Positions 28,356-37,429 of a DNA stretch of 64,000 nt are shown piece by piece. The notes under the pieces are model-generated. The model ran no database searches. It was not told where the DNA came from and saw nothing but the letters and a program-made list of their open reading frames with translations. A program made the position numbers and the translations under genes. Position 1 is the first letter of the stretch. The number at the start of each line of letters is the position of its first letter. This DNA comes from a virus (Duplodnaviria > Caudoviricetes). The stretch is from the IMG/VR virus record IMGVR_UViG_3300012344_000020, positions 1 through 64,000 of that record; one strand, 5' to 3'.

Positions 28356-28555
28356 TGATGCGTATGAAACGAACATCGGAAGCAACAGAAATGACGGAAG
28401 ATTTCTTAAACATCAAAAGGAACAAAAGAAGCAAAAAGTTCCGTTCATTCCGTTCATTCCGATGTTAAAGAAATATCATGGCACACGCTTTTCGTTTCTT
28501 TTGATGTAAACATCCCGATGCGAAAAGGTTCGTTTCATTCGCGTTATTCGATGAC
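28356..28555. repeat. 9-bp arm cluster A, C, D, C', D', A'
   Basis: C 28374, D 28409, C' 28439, D' 28489, A' 28529. Confidence 0.9.
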
Positions 28556-28569
28556 AATAAAAAACAATA

Positions 28570-29175
28570 ATGATTATGCAGAAAGAAAAGAAAACAACTC
28601 CTCAGATGGCTATTGCAGCTTTCGAGCAGTCCTGCAATGAACTTGCCCGTCAGGTGAACCACCGCTTGTTTGACGACACGCGCTCATGGTACTGGATAGG
28701 CAACGAGATAGGCGGCTCCTGCGACTTTGATGATGCCGACATCCTCACACCCGAGGAAATGGTCATCATCCTCCAGACGCCCCACTTCACCTACAACGAT
28801 TATGCCGAGTGGCGCGATGCCAACATCGAGTATGGCGACACCAAAGGCTACATCAACCTGCGGTCGTGGATCATAGGTTGCCGACACTTTATGCTGGCGG
28901 ACAAAGCGAAGAAAGAAACTATGATAGAGCCGTCAGAACTACGAAAAAAGAGCATGGAAGCCTTCGATAATAAATGTCGTGCTTCACTTGAGAAGATACA
29001 GCCCGCGCTGCAAAAGACTGCTGAAAGCGGAAAAACGGAGCTCACTATTTCCGATGTGAAAAAGCATTATCCTGATGTGGAAGATTTGTGTGTAGCATTA
29101 CAGATGCACGGTTTCAGAACATTCTATTCAGAGTTTTTCGATAGTTTGACCGTTTATTGGTGTTTTCGCAAATGA
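28570..29175 (+). CDS. Hypothetical protein
   Basis: 201 aa ORF. Confidence 0.75.
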   Translation: MIMQKEKKTTPQMAIAAFEQSCNELARQVNHRLFDDTRSWYWIGNEIGGSCDFDDADILTPEEMVIILQTPHFTYNDYAEWRDANIEYGDTKGYINLRSWIIGCRHFMLADKAKKETMIEPSELRKKSMEAFDNKCRASLEKIQPALQKTAESGKTELTISDVKKHYPDVEDLCVALQMHGFRTFYSEFFDSLTVYWCFRK

Positions 29176-29303
29176 CCACTTACCAACTCTCCGTGCATCC
29201 CTTGAGCCATAAGGTAGAGTGGGGAGGGTGGAAGCCTGTCGCTCCTGCCCTCCGTGCCACCGACTACAAGCGTCCGCACTGTGTCCTTATAACGTATGAT
29301 TAA
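29172..29303 (+). CDS. TRD-like mini-protein 1 (43 aa, ...PALRATDYKRPHCVLITYD)
   Basis: ATGA overlap with the upstream gene; TL-type motif; YD C-terminus. Confidence 0.7.
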   Translation: MTTYQLSVHPLSHKVEWGGWKPVAPALRATDYKRPHCVLITYD

Positions 29304-29442
29304 ACTCTTACCTTTGAACGTGGATAAAGACCACACCGCCCCGACGGTGCTTGCCGGATATTTCAAGTTCGGCTCGCGCACTTTGTTGCTCGGCAACTAC
29401 GGCACTACTGGGGGGGGGGGAATCTGTATTGAATATGATTAA
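29296..29442 (+). CDS. TRD-like mini-protein 2 (48 aa, APTVLAGYFKFG...GGGGICIEYD); G11 tract in frame
   Basis: ATGATTAA coupling. Confidence 0.7.
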   Translation: MIKLLPLNVDKDHTAPTVLAGYFKFGSRTLLLGNYGTTGGGGICIEYD

Positions 29443-29582
29443 GATAAACTACCACATTCCTCTCGTAGGGGGGGGTACTATCGCAAGTGACCGATGCCTT
29501 CAACCGAGGGCCGCTTTGGCACGTTAGCCGATGTGTGAGGAGCAACGTGCATGATGCAGGAGCGCTCATCTGTTACGAATAA
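29435..29582 (+). pseudogene. TRD-like mini-protein 3; G8 tract (29468-29475) out of frame, G7 gives ...SRCVRSNVHDAGALICYE
   Basis: Frame analysis. Confidence 0.65.
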
Positions 29583-29597
29583 CAAAAAAGACAAACA

Positions 29598-30973
29598 ATG
29601 ATAACAAAATTCAACTTCAACGACCGCACCATCAAGAGCTATGCCATACGCAAGCTCACGCCAAAGGAGTGTTTCCGGCTGATGGGTGTGCGCGACGATA
29701 CCATCCGCACGATGCAGACCACCGTGGCGGAAATGAAAGAGCGCCGTGGGCAAGCCGACAATGGCGGCAAGCAAAAAGATGCCGACATGGTAATCTCAGC
29801 CAGTCAGCAGTACAAGCAGGCGGGCAACTCTATTGTGGTGGATGTACTCAAGGCCATCTATGCACAGTTGTGGTACCCCAAGGAGCCGAAGCCGAAGGCG
29901 CAGCTCTCCATGTTTGACGATTTCTTTCCCGAGGATGCGCTGCCGCAGATGCCGGTGGATGCTAACCATGGCGAGAAGGTCATCATCACCACTTTCAGCG
30001 GCTACGACTCGCAGCTCATGGCTGCCGACGCCTTAAAGGAGGAACATCCCGATTTCCGCTGGACGTGTATAGGGCGGAGCGACATCGACAAGTATGCCTG
30101 CCAGATGCACGACCTCGTGTTTCCGCAATATGCCGACCGCGCCCTTGGCGACATCACCAAGATAGACTGGCACAGCGTGAAGCAGTCGCTCGAAGGTCGC
30201 GAGGTAGACCTCTTCACCTATTCCTCGCCCTGTCAGGACATCAGTCAGGCGGGCAAGCAGATGGGACTGAAGGAAGGCTCCGACACCCGAAGCGCATTGC
30301 TCTTCGGCGTGTGGCGGATGCCATTGATGTATTGCGACCCAAGTATCTGTTGCAGGAGAATGTGGCGGCACTGGTGAGCGAGAAGTTTATGCCCGACTTT
30401 CAGAAGTGGCTCGCCAAACTCGAAAGTCTGGGATATGTGAACCGCTGGGCACGGCTCAATGCCAAGGACTACGGTGTGCCGCAAAACCGCGACCGCGTGT
30501 TCTGCCTCTCCATGCGCCGTGATGTGGCTTTCGACTATCAGTTTCCCGAAGGCTTCCCTTTGCAGACCAGGTTGGAGGATGTGCTTGAAGAGGAAGTGAC
30601 AGAAAGGTTTTTCCTCAAAGACAATGCCGTGGAGAAATTCCTTAAAGCCAACGACACCGACAAGGCTCTCTTCATGCAGTTCGACCTTCCGCCTACACAC
30701 GATGCGGCAATGTTCCTCAAGACGTGGCTCCAGATGTGGATGCGTGGTGATTATGGCTTTGATGATTCTTGTTATGAAGAAGAATGGTTTGAAGAAAACG
30801 GATATACGTATTGGGATTTAACGCCATCGGAACTTCAAGAAACATTAGAAAATATCAAGGAAGATTTGTGCCAAGCGCATTTGGCGTTTAGCAATAAAGA
30901 ACTGATGGATGAAGAGTTTTCCTTGTTGTTCCAAGAAAACATGAAACGCCGTCCGAAAGATGAAAACCGATAA
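29598..30973 (+). pseudogene. dcm: Circularly permuted C5-cytosine DNA methyltransferase (IX-X-I...VIII), frameshifted near 30301
   Basis: N-terminal IRKLTPKECFRLMG and YKQAGNSIVV; then TFSGYDS, SPCQD, QENV, QNRDRVF; deleting 2 nt at ctct[tc]gg gives LLWRVADAI. Confidence 0.88.
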
Positions 30974-31129
30974 TCCGCCAGAAAGGGTAATCCGCCCCAT
31001 CGTTCTCGGCCAATACTCGCCCTCGCAGAACGGCATCATCGTGTCGCCGCACGGCATAGCCCTCTGCATAAGTGGGGGGGTAGAGGACACGATGTGGATA
31101 AACCAAAGATATTGATTGAGTATGACTAA
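30960..31129 (+). pseudogene. TRD-like mini-protein 4; G7 (31074-31080) out of frame, G8 gives ...SPHGIALCISGGGRGHDVDKPKILIEYD
   Basis: Frame analysis. Confidence 0.7.
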
Positions 31130-31439
31130 AACGCCCACCTATAAGCGCGGCACGTTCACCAGAAACGGAAAGACCTACGGCATATATCCCGATGGTTCTA
31201 CCTACAGGATATATGCCGATAACAACATCCCTTTCCTTCAGATAGTGGATGTCGGAGGCAGCACGTTCCTCCGTGTGCGCCAGGCTACGGAGCAAGGCTA
31301 TGCCGACTGTCCCGTCTTCGGTGTGTGCGACATCAGCTATCCCTCGTCAGCCTTGCGCAGGGCGAGAACGGTAGATGGTGGCCGGCTGGCCAACGCCCTG
31401 ACGTGCGGGCAGCAGTTGGCGGTGTTTGTAGAATTATAA
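31122..31439 (+). CDS. TRD-like protein 5 (105 aa; VRQATEQGY..DISYPSSALRRAR..ANALT)
   Basis: Motif typical of phage Dcm variable regions. Confidence 0.75.
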   Translation: MTKTPTYKRGTFTRNGKTYGIYPDGSTYRIYADNNIPFLQIVDVGGSTFLRVRQATEQGYADCPVFGVCDISYPSSALRRARTVDGGRLANALTCGQQLAVFVEL

Positions 31440-31445
31440 AGAATT

Positions 31446-31576
31446 ATGACGAAATATCTGTTTTACCAATGTCCAAGAGGTGAAAATCGGGGGGTATTCT
31501 CTCGCAGAGCATCTGTCCTACCATCACCATTTGCAGTTGGGCGTGTAATTGTTTTTTGATAAAAGAGTATGACTAA
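31446..31576 (+). pseudogene. TRD-like mini-protein 6; G6 (31489-31494) out of frame, G7 gives ...ICPTITICSWACNCFLIKEYD
   Basis: Frame analysis. Confidence 0.65.
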
Positions 31577-31721
31577 ACAAATTCCATTCGTGCAACGCTC
31601 GGCATGTCTGAGTATTCGGGGGGGGTACTCCACGGCAATCTCCTCTCGCTACGACGGTTGGGCAGGCTTGTTTGGCAAGAACCACGGGCAGCACACTATG
31701 GTGCTGGTGGCGTATGAGTAG
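31569..31721 (+). CDS. TRD-like mini-protein 7 (50 aa, ends MVLVAYE); G8 in frame
   Basis: Coupled start; conserved C-terminus. Confidence 0.7.
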   Translation: MTKQIPFVQRSACLSIRGGYSTAISSRYDGWAGLFGKNHGQHTMVLVAYE

Positions 31722-31899
31722 GCACAGAGCGGTGCTTGTGCATTACCGCACGGAGGAAGCGAAAGCCTACCGCCGCGAGCATGGCGACCGTGGCGGATGC
31801 CGGTATCAAGACAAGCTGCACCGTATGAACCCGCAGCCGTGGAGCAACACAGTGAGTACAGTAACGAAAGACAACCTGTTATGCGAAGAATATACATAG
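31714..31899 (+). CDS. TRD-like mini-protein 8 (61 aa; SNTVSTVTKDNLL)
   Basis: SNT(L/V)xTVxKDN motif. Confidence 0.7.
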   Translation: MSRHRAVLVHYRTEEAKAYRREHGDRGGCRYQDKLHRMNPQPWSNTVSTVTKDNLLCEEYT

Positions 31900-32052
31900 C
31901 CGCTTCTCGCGGTCGCGACCCGCTGAATCCTACCGACCGCAAACACTCGGTGAAAGGACGCAGTGAGCAGCGGTTTTAGATTAATGGGGGGTACGAGCAA
32001 CGCCCTTACCTCTGTCGGCAAAGACAACTTAGTACTGATGGCGTATGATTAA
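31881..32052 (+). pseudogene. TRD-like mini-protein 9; in-frame TAG (31977) and G6 (31986-31991) out of frame; restored end SNALTSVGKDNLVLMAYD
   Basis: Frame analysis. Confidence 0.65.
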
Positions 32053-32224
32053 GCGATATTACATCGGTTGGGTGCGCAGCGGAAAGGACGGCCACGGACT
32101 CGTCAAGAGCCGACCGCGCAAGCATATTGCTAATGCCGTAACCGCCTCGCCACCCGGCGGCTTTGCCGACCCTCGCGACGGACTGGGCAACACTACTCCG
32201 CATGTGGTGATGGTGTTTGAGTGA
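32045..32224 (+). CDS. TRD-like mini-protein 10 (59 aa; IANAVTA..GNTTPHVVMVFE)
   Basis: ATGATTAA coupling. Confidence 0.7.
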   Translation: MIKRYYIGWVRSGKDGHGLVKSRPRKHIANAVTASPPGGFADPRDGLGNTTPHVVMVFE

Positions 32225-32265
32225 AGAACAACAACAGTAAAGAAACAACTAAAATTTATAGAGCA

Positions 32266-32766
32266 ATGAGTATTTACACGCAATATGAAAAGATTAAGTC
32301 GTTATGGCATCCCATAACTGACGAGGACTTCAATATTGATTTCAGTATTCCCTTTGTCCTGTTTTCTGATGAAGGCAGTATTCTGTACTTTAATCCGAAG
32401 CGTGATAAGTTGGATGACATTTGGGATGACATGGTTCTTTTCGAGGAAGACGGAAAGACGATGACCGAAGAATTTAAAGATCACATGCGCAGCTTTGAAT
32501 TCGGTTATATGTATCTCGATGATGAGTTTTATCGTGCGATAGACAATTTCCGACACAAACATCTGGAAGACGTAAAGGCGAAGAACGAGAGAGCCAATGT
32601 TTTCGTTCAATATGCGAACAATGATTTCCGTGTTCTTGATGTTTTTGACTTTCGGCAGGATGGCAGTCCGTACCGGGATTGGAACACATCGGATGTGGCA
32701 TATTTCGTAAACCTGGATAGTGTGCCTGCCACAAGTTTGAATGGCCTTTTTCTGCAAATGGATTAA
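32266..32766 (+). CDS. Hypothetical acidic protein
   Basis: TTTATAGAGCAATG leader. Confidence 0.7.
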   Translation: MSIYTQYEKIKSLWHPITDEDFNIDFSIPFVLFSDEGSILYFNPKRDKLDDIWDDMVLFEEDGKTMTEEFKDHMRSFEFGYMYLDDEFYRAIDNFRHKHLEDVKAKNERANVFVQYANNDFRVLDVFDFRQDGSPYRDWNTSDVAYFVNLDSVPATSLNGLFLQMD

Positions 32767-32792
32767 GAACAACTTAAATTTATAGAGCAATT

Positions 32793-33269
32793 ATGAAAGA
32801 AAACAAAGGACTATACAATGCGCTCATCCGCAGACTGGGCGAGATGGTGAAAGAGAATGTGGAACTGGAGCAGCGTGTGCATCAGCTCACGGGTGAGTAC
32901 AACCGTGTGGTGAAGCAGGCGAATGAGAAGTCTGTGGATTCTCTGATGAGCGAAAACGAAAGTTTGAAAAAGCTAAGCAATCAACTTCAGATAGAGCGCA
33001 ACGAGGCGCGTACCAGTGTGGCCGAATACAAACACCACGAAGCGGAACTACTCAATGCAATTAACCGACATTGCGAATCCGACATCATGAAGTGTGGTGA
33101 AACCTGTCCGAACAAACCAGGATGTGATGTAGGCTCAAAAGATTGCTGTGCTTGTAAGCATGAATTAGGACAAAAGAAATATCTTAGCGTTTACTTTATT
33201 TTTTGCGCCTACCGCTACGACAAGCAGCAGGAGGAAGAAGCAAAGGAAAGAAATAATGAAGATGAATAG
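32793..33269 (+). CDS. Coiled-coil protein with a Cys-rich C-terminus
   Basis: 158 aa. Confidence 0.7.
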   Translation: MKENKGLYNALIRRLGEMVKENVELEQRVHQLTGEYNRVVKQANEKSVDSLMSENESLKKLSNQLQIERNEARTSVAEYKHHEAELLNAINRHCESDIMKCGETCPNKPGCDVGSKDCCACKHELGQKKYLSVYFIFCAYRYDKQQEEEAKERNNEDE

Positions 33270-33426
33270 CCACCTCCATACACATTGCCTCGGCATGCTC
33301 ACCGTGCCGCCCTACGACCGCAAGTTTGAGCAGTCGCGCAGAGTGTTCTCCCCGAAGGGCGTTGCGCCTACGGTGTATACCTTCGGGGGGGGCAACCTTG
33401 AGATAAAGATATTATTGGAATTGTAA
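33256..33426 (+). CDS. TRD-like mini-protein 11 (56 aa; RVFSPKGVAPTVYTFGGGNLEIKI); G8 in frame
   Basis: Canonical RVxSPxGxAPT..GGG..KI unit. Confidence 0.75.
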   Translation: MKMNSHLHTHCLGMLTVPPYDRKFEQSRRVFSPKGVAPTVYTFGGGNLEIKILLEL

Positions 33427-33455
33427 AACGAACATATAAACATTTATAGAGCAAT

Positions 33456-33857
33456 ATGGGCAAATTCGCAACGAGAAAGGTTTTGAGGGAGTTGTGCTCC
33501 CGTAACGGTCTCACGTTGTATAGACACAGGCTTGACGGAGCGTCTTATCAGATGTGTGCAGGTGGGTATGTGGTAAACGGATATACCACACGACATCCTG
33601 CAATGGATGTACTCTATGAAATGCAGAAGAAGATGATACATTTGCTGAAGTATGGAGACAAAAACGACAGCGGACATGATGATGATATTTCTTGGCATAA
33701 AGAGAAACATGTGATAGAACCTCTCAGCAAACCTTTGACTGGATATTGCTGCGGCAAGGTCTACACTTTGCGAAGTCCCGAAGACGATGCCGACCTGCAA
33801 GAGTATTTTGACCTTCAGGGATTATATAAAACGAATATAGAAAAATTTACAGAGTAA
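33456..33857 (+). CDS. Hypothetical protein
   Basis: 133 aa. Confidence 0.7.
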   Translation: MGKFATRKVLRELCSRNGLTLYRHRLDGASYQMCAGGYVVNGYTTRHPAMDVLYEMQKKMIHLLKYGDKNDSGHDDDISWHKEKHVIEPLSKPLTGYCCGKVYTLRSPEDDADLQEYFDLQGLYKTNIEKFTE

Positions 33858-33861
33858 AACA

Positions 33862-34095
33862 ATGGAACAATTCAAACCTATCAAGCCGTGGAAGTTCTAT
33901 CTTCTGTGCGGCACACCGTTCTACCTGCTGTTGGTTCTGAAGATCACGGGCATGGTGAACTGGTCGTGGTGGCTGATAACGCTGCCCGTGTGGTTGCCCT
34001 TGGCGGTGGCTGCGCTGCTGCTGCTCATGCTCGCCCTGCTGGTGCTTTGGCCGAGAGGCAGGCGAGGGCATGTCCTTAGGGATTTATGGAAATAG
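33862..34095 (+). CDS. Small two-TM membrane protein
   Basis: LKITGMVNWSWWLITLPVW. Confidence 0.75.
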   Translation: MEQFKPIKPWKFYLLCGTPFYLLLVLKITGMVNWSWWLITLPVWLPLAVAALLLLMLALLVLWPRGRRGHVLRDLWK

Positions 34096-34105
34096 TGTAA
34101 CTTTG
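34071..34105 (+). promoter_or_regulatory. TGTCC-N22-TAACTTTG promoter (2 of 6)
   Basis: Exact 22-nt spacing. Confidence 0.7.
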
Positions 34106-34132
34106 CAGGTAAGGTATTCAAAGGATAAAACT

Positions 34133-34191
34133 ATACCTATTGTTTGACCGCAACAATACCTATTGTTTAGTCATAACAATACCTATTGTTT
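34133..34191. repeat. Three ATACCTATTGTTT repeats at 23-bp period (AACAAT-ACCT-ATTGTT palindromes), candidate operator
   Basis: Copies at 34133, 34156, 34179. Confidence 0.8.
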
Positions 34192-34258
34192 GTGGCAAAC
34201 GATAGTAATAGTTTATTTGGGTAAATACCGAGTATAAATCATTAAACCTTTAACAACT

Positions 34259-34732
34259 ATGGGAATGACCCTGAAATTGTCGAAGTCGAAAGCCATTAAC
34301 CCTTCCACCAAGAAGATGGGCTATCGTACAACCGTTAAGTCCAACGGAAAAGCAGACATGGACTCTTTGCTGGCGTCTGCAAGTAGAAACACTACCATGC
34401 ACAAGGCTGAGCTCCGCATGGGCTTTGAACTGATGCTCGATGCTATCCGTGAGGCTCTGACAGCAGGAAAGAATGTAGAGCTGAAGGGTATCGGCAACAT
34501 CGGCTTCTCTTGCAGCGGCGCATGGACGGAGACAGCCGATGAGCAGTCGACAGTGGAGCACAAGATTGGTGTGGCTTTCTATCCAAGTCAGGAGGTTCAC
34601 GCTGCCGTGGCTACTGCCAAGACTTCATGGACCAAGGACGGTGAGGGCGACGAGCCTACACAGGACGGTGGCGGTTCTTCAACAGGTGGCACTACCACCA
34701 AGCCTGGCGATAGCGGCAATCTCGACGGATAG
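34259..34732 (+). CDS. HU-family DNA-binding protein (Bacteroidetes long type)
   Basis: ALTAGKNVELKGIGNIGFS; Gly-rich acidic tail. Confidence 0.88.
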   Translation: MGMTLKLSKSKAINPSTKKMGYRTTVKSNGKADMDSLLASASRNTTMHKAELRMGFELMLDAIREALTAGKNVELKGIGNIGFSCSGAWTETADEQSTVEHKIGVAFYPSQEVHAAVATAKTSWTKDGEGDEPTQDGGGSSTGGTTTKPGDSGNLDG

Positions 34733-34906
34733 TCCGTAAGGCCGCAGAACGGAATTGTCCCGAAGGCCAAGGGAACGTAGTCCGGCTCACATGATGCAGT
34801 CGCCGTACAACGTAAGCAACGGGTGCTGGTGCAGACGCATGACACAGAAGGAAAACTTATACCACTGCACAACTTTTTTGGAAACGAAAATTTATAGAGC
34901 AAAACA

Positions 34907-35113
34907 ATGGAAAAAGACGTAAAACCTTATCTCGAAAAGGCCAACGAGATATTGTATGTCCTGCAAAAGGACGGACCAAATAAACCTATCGAACATACCA
35001 CCGTTATAGGCTTGGTGGCTGCAAGGTTGGTGGAAGCGTGTGTAGAGAATGGCGAAGACAGGCAACAGGTGATTGATGCCATCTGCCAGAGTGTGAAAAT
35101 ATTTAGCAAGTAA
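34907..35113 (+). CDS. Hypothetical protein
   Basis: 68 aa. Confidence 0.6.
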   Translation: MEKDVKPYLEKANEILYVLQKDGPNKPIEHTTVIGLVAARLVEACVENGEDRQQVIDAICQSVKIFSK

Positions 35114-35232
35114 GCGGCAACGAAGATATTTTAGGATGAATAACCACATAAAACGCAAATTTTAACTTTTGCCATAAATTGCGAAGTTTATGGGAGGGAG
35201 GGGTTCGTCGGGATGACGCGCTCCTCTTTTTT

Positions 35233-35400
35233 GTCATCTAATGAATCTAATGAAACGAATGGTTCTCAACATCGGAAGAAACGGAATAAACGGAAAGGTT
35301 CGTTTCATTCGTGTCATTCGATGACAGAAAACATTTTCGTTTGTTTCGTTCTTTTCGATGTTCAACAGAAACATTCGTGCTATTCGTGTTATTCGTTGTT
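35233..35400. repeat. 9-bp arm cluster A, C, A', D', E'
   Basis: A 35233, C 35268, A' 35299, D' 35335, E' 35374. Confidence 0.9.
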
Positions 35401-37395
35401 TTATCTTCCGCTTGGCATAAAAGCCCAACGCATCCGTCCGCGGAACAATTTTAGTCCGAGGTAGAGCGTGTCGAAGGCATCGGTGAAGTCGGTGCGCTGC
35501 TGGAGAGGCAGGTTGTCTTCGGCTTCCGGCTTTTTCTCTTGCGATTTGTCTTTATGAAAACCGCTGTAGTCCATCTTCACCTCGCAGAGCTGCATGGCGA
35601 TGATAAGGTCGGGATTGTTCGTCTGGTTGATGCGGATGGCAGGGCAGGTGAGACCCGCCAGCGCCTCGTTGATAATCTTGTGTTTCACCACATGCTTCTC
35701 CGGCACACCCATGTCGATGCCCTGCACGTTCCATCCGTAGCGTTGCAGTTCGCTGATAACCGTCATAAAGAAACGCTCGTCGGTGGCGGCATACGACGCA
35801 CCCTGCTTGGCAGTGGCATCGTAGAAATAGACCACATCACGGTTGACGGCACGCTTGGGCGCATAGTAGTTGCTGAAATCCTGAATCAGCTCGTGCAACT
35901 TGCGCTCGTTCTTCACATACATCGACTTGATAATGTTCAGCGCCAGCACACCGTCGCGCTCATACTGCTGCCCGATAACCATCGTGTTGATGTTGGCGTT
36001 GTAGTCGAGGGCGATATACAAGGGCAGCGAAGGGTCGCAGTCGGCATCCAACCGGCAGTCGTTGCGCTCGGACAGTTCCTTCAGGTCGGGCTGGTACGAC
36101 TCTGCCGTAATCTTCTTGCCGTCGATGATGCCCGTAGCCTTCTCCGTGCGAAAGGTAGCCTGCGAGAGTGGGTCTATCGTGTCGGGAATGTAACCATGGA
36201 CATGATCAATGTCGAGGTTGGAATAGAAACCGTCATTCGACTTCTTGATTTTTATGTTCAGAATTGACACGGCGAAAGTGTAGGCAGGCAGGTCGCGCTT
36301 CATCTGGCGGATATAGTCCTCACCGAGAATGTCGATATTCTCCAGCGTACTTGCCCGGCGCACCACAAAGGCAGATCGGCGCAGCTCGCGCAGATAACCC
36401 TCCTGAAACTTCTTCGACCGCAGGAACATCTGCATCTCAAAATCCTCTTCGGGCGTAATCAGATACTCATAGTCGTAGATGAGTTCGGCGTCCTCCTGCG
36501 CCACCAGTTTGTACGACACAGCCATCTGCACCATAGCCTTCGTGACGTGCAGGCCGTGGTTGGGCATGATGCGGAACTGCCCCTCGTGCTTCATCATCTT
36601 CAGTGCTACGGCGCGTATCATCTGGCGCACCTCTGCCGGGACGACATGCACCGAATGGTTGGTCTTCTTGGCATTGTAGAGCATGTCGTTGTAGCATATC
36701 ACCTTGTCGGCATAATCCTCCAACTGCTCCTGCACCCATCGGTAGGTCTTGCCTTTAAACTGCCCTGCCTCTATCTCAAGGTCAAGTTTTTCTTCTTCCT
36801 TTTCAAGCCAAGAACCCTTGGCAGTGAGCGAGGCATCGCTGACGTAGCGGGTGGACTTGTAGAGCGGATTGTAGTCAGTAAAATTGATGTCGCCCGTGGG
36901 GTGGGTCTGACCCGAAAGGGCGGGCGTAAACTCCTCGTCAATCTTCTTCTTGGGGAAGAAACGGCACTCGTCGCCCACGGCAGCCGAGAAGGTGTAGGAG
37001 TTGGCAGAGGCAGTCTGCGCCAGCGAAATCATCGCCCACTGCGCTCCGTTGGCAAACCAAATGATGTTGTCGTAGTTCTTGGGCTTGAAGATGCTTGGGC
37101 GAGCGTGTTTAGGCGGTCGTCCCCAGCCCATGTGTATGCCGATGGTGAAGCCAAACATACGCTCCATGGCCGCCATCGTGCCTGGTATGGTCTTGCTATA
37201 TCCCTGCTGTCGGCTCACGGCAAGCCATGCGCCCAGCATACCCGGCATGGAGTTGGAACACATCCATACATAGGGTGCCACCAGTCCGTCGGTCTTGCCC
37301 ACACGACGGGCGGCAATGTCGCGCTCGTCCTTGGCACCCATGTAGAGCGACTGCTGCTGAAAGCGGGTGAGGTAAATTTGATGTGGTTGCTGCAT
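35401..37395 (-). CDS. terL: Terminase large subunit
   Basis: Walker A AARRVGKT, Walker B AVGDE, RNase H-like IALDYNA and TDAFDTLY. Confidence 0.88.
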   Translation of the reverse strand: MQQPHQIYLTRFQQQSLYMGAKDERDIAARRVGKTDGLVAPYVWMCSNSMPGMLGAWLAVSRQQGYSKTIPGTMAAMERMFGFTIGIHMGWGRPPKHARPSIFKPKNYDNIIWFANGAQWAMISLAQTASANSYTFSAAVGDECRFFPKKKIDEEFTPALSGQTHPTGDINFTDYNPLYKSTRYVSDASLTAKGSWLEKEEEKLDLEIEAGQFKGKTYRWVQEQLEDYADKVICYNDMLYNAKKTNHSVHVVPAEVRQMIRAVALKMMKHEGQFRIMPNHGLHVTKAMVQMAVSYKLVAQEDAELIYDYEYLITPEEDFEMQMFLRSKKFQEGYLRELRRSAFVVRRASTLENIDILGEDYIRQMKRDLPAYTFAVSILNIKIKKSNDGFYSNLDIDHVHGYIPDTIDPLSQATFRTEKATGIIDGKKITAESYQPDLKELSERNDCRLDADCDPSLPLYIALDYNANINTMVIGQQYERDGVLALNIIKSMYVKNERKLHELIQDFSNYYAPKRAVNRDVVYFYDATAKQGASYAATDERFFMTVISELQRYGWNVQGIDMGVPEKHVVKHKIINEALAGLTCPAIRINQTNNPDLIIAMQLCEVKMDYSGFHKDKSQEKKPEAEDNLPLQQRTDFTDAFDTLYLGLKLFRGRMRWAFMPSGR

Positions 37396-37429
37396 AGTTC
37401 ATCTAATTTTGTTTGTGTTTATGTAGTGG

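Noticed and set aside
31977-31979. TAG stop-codon reassignment
   Set aside because: Isolated case; long genes read through in the standard code, and TAG ends genes normally (e.g. 48064, 63240)
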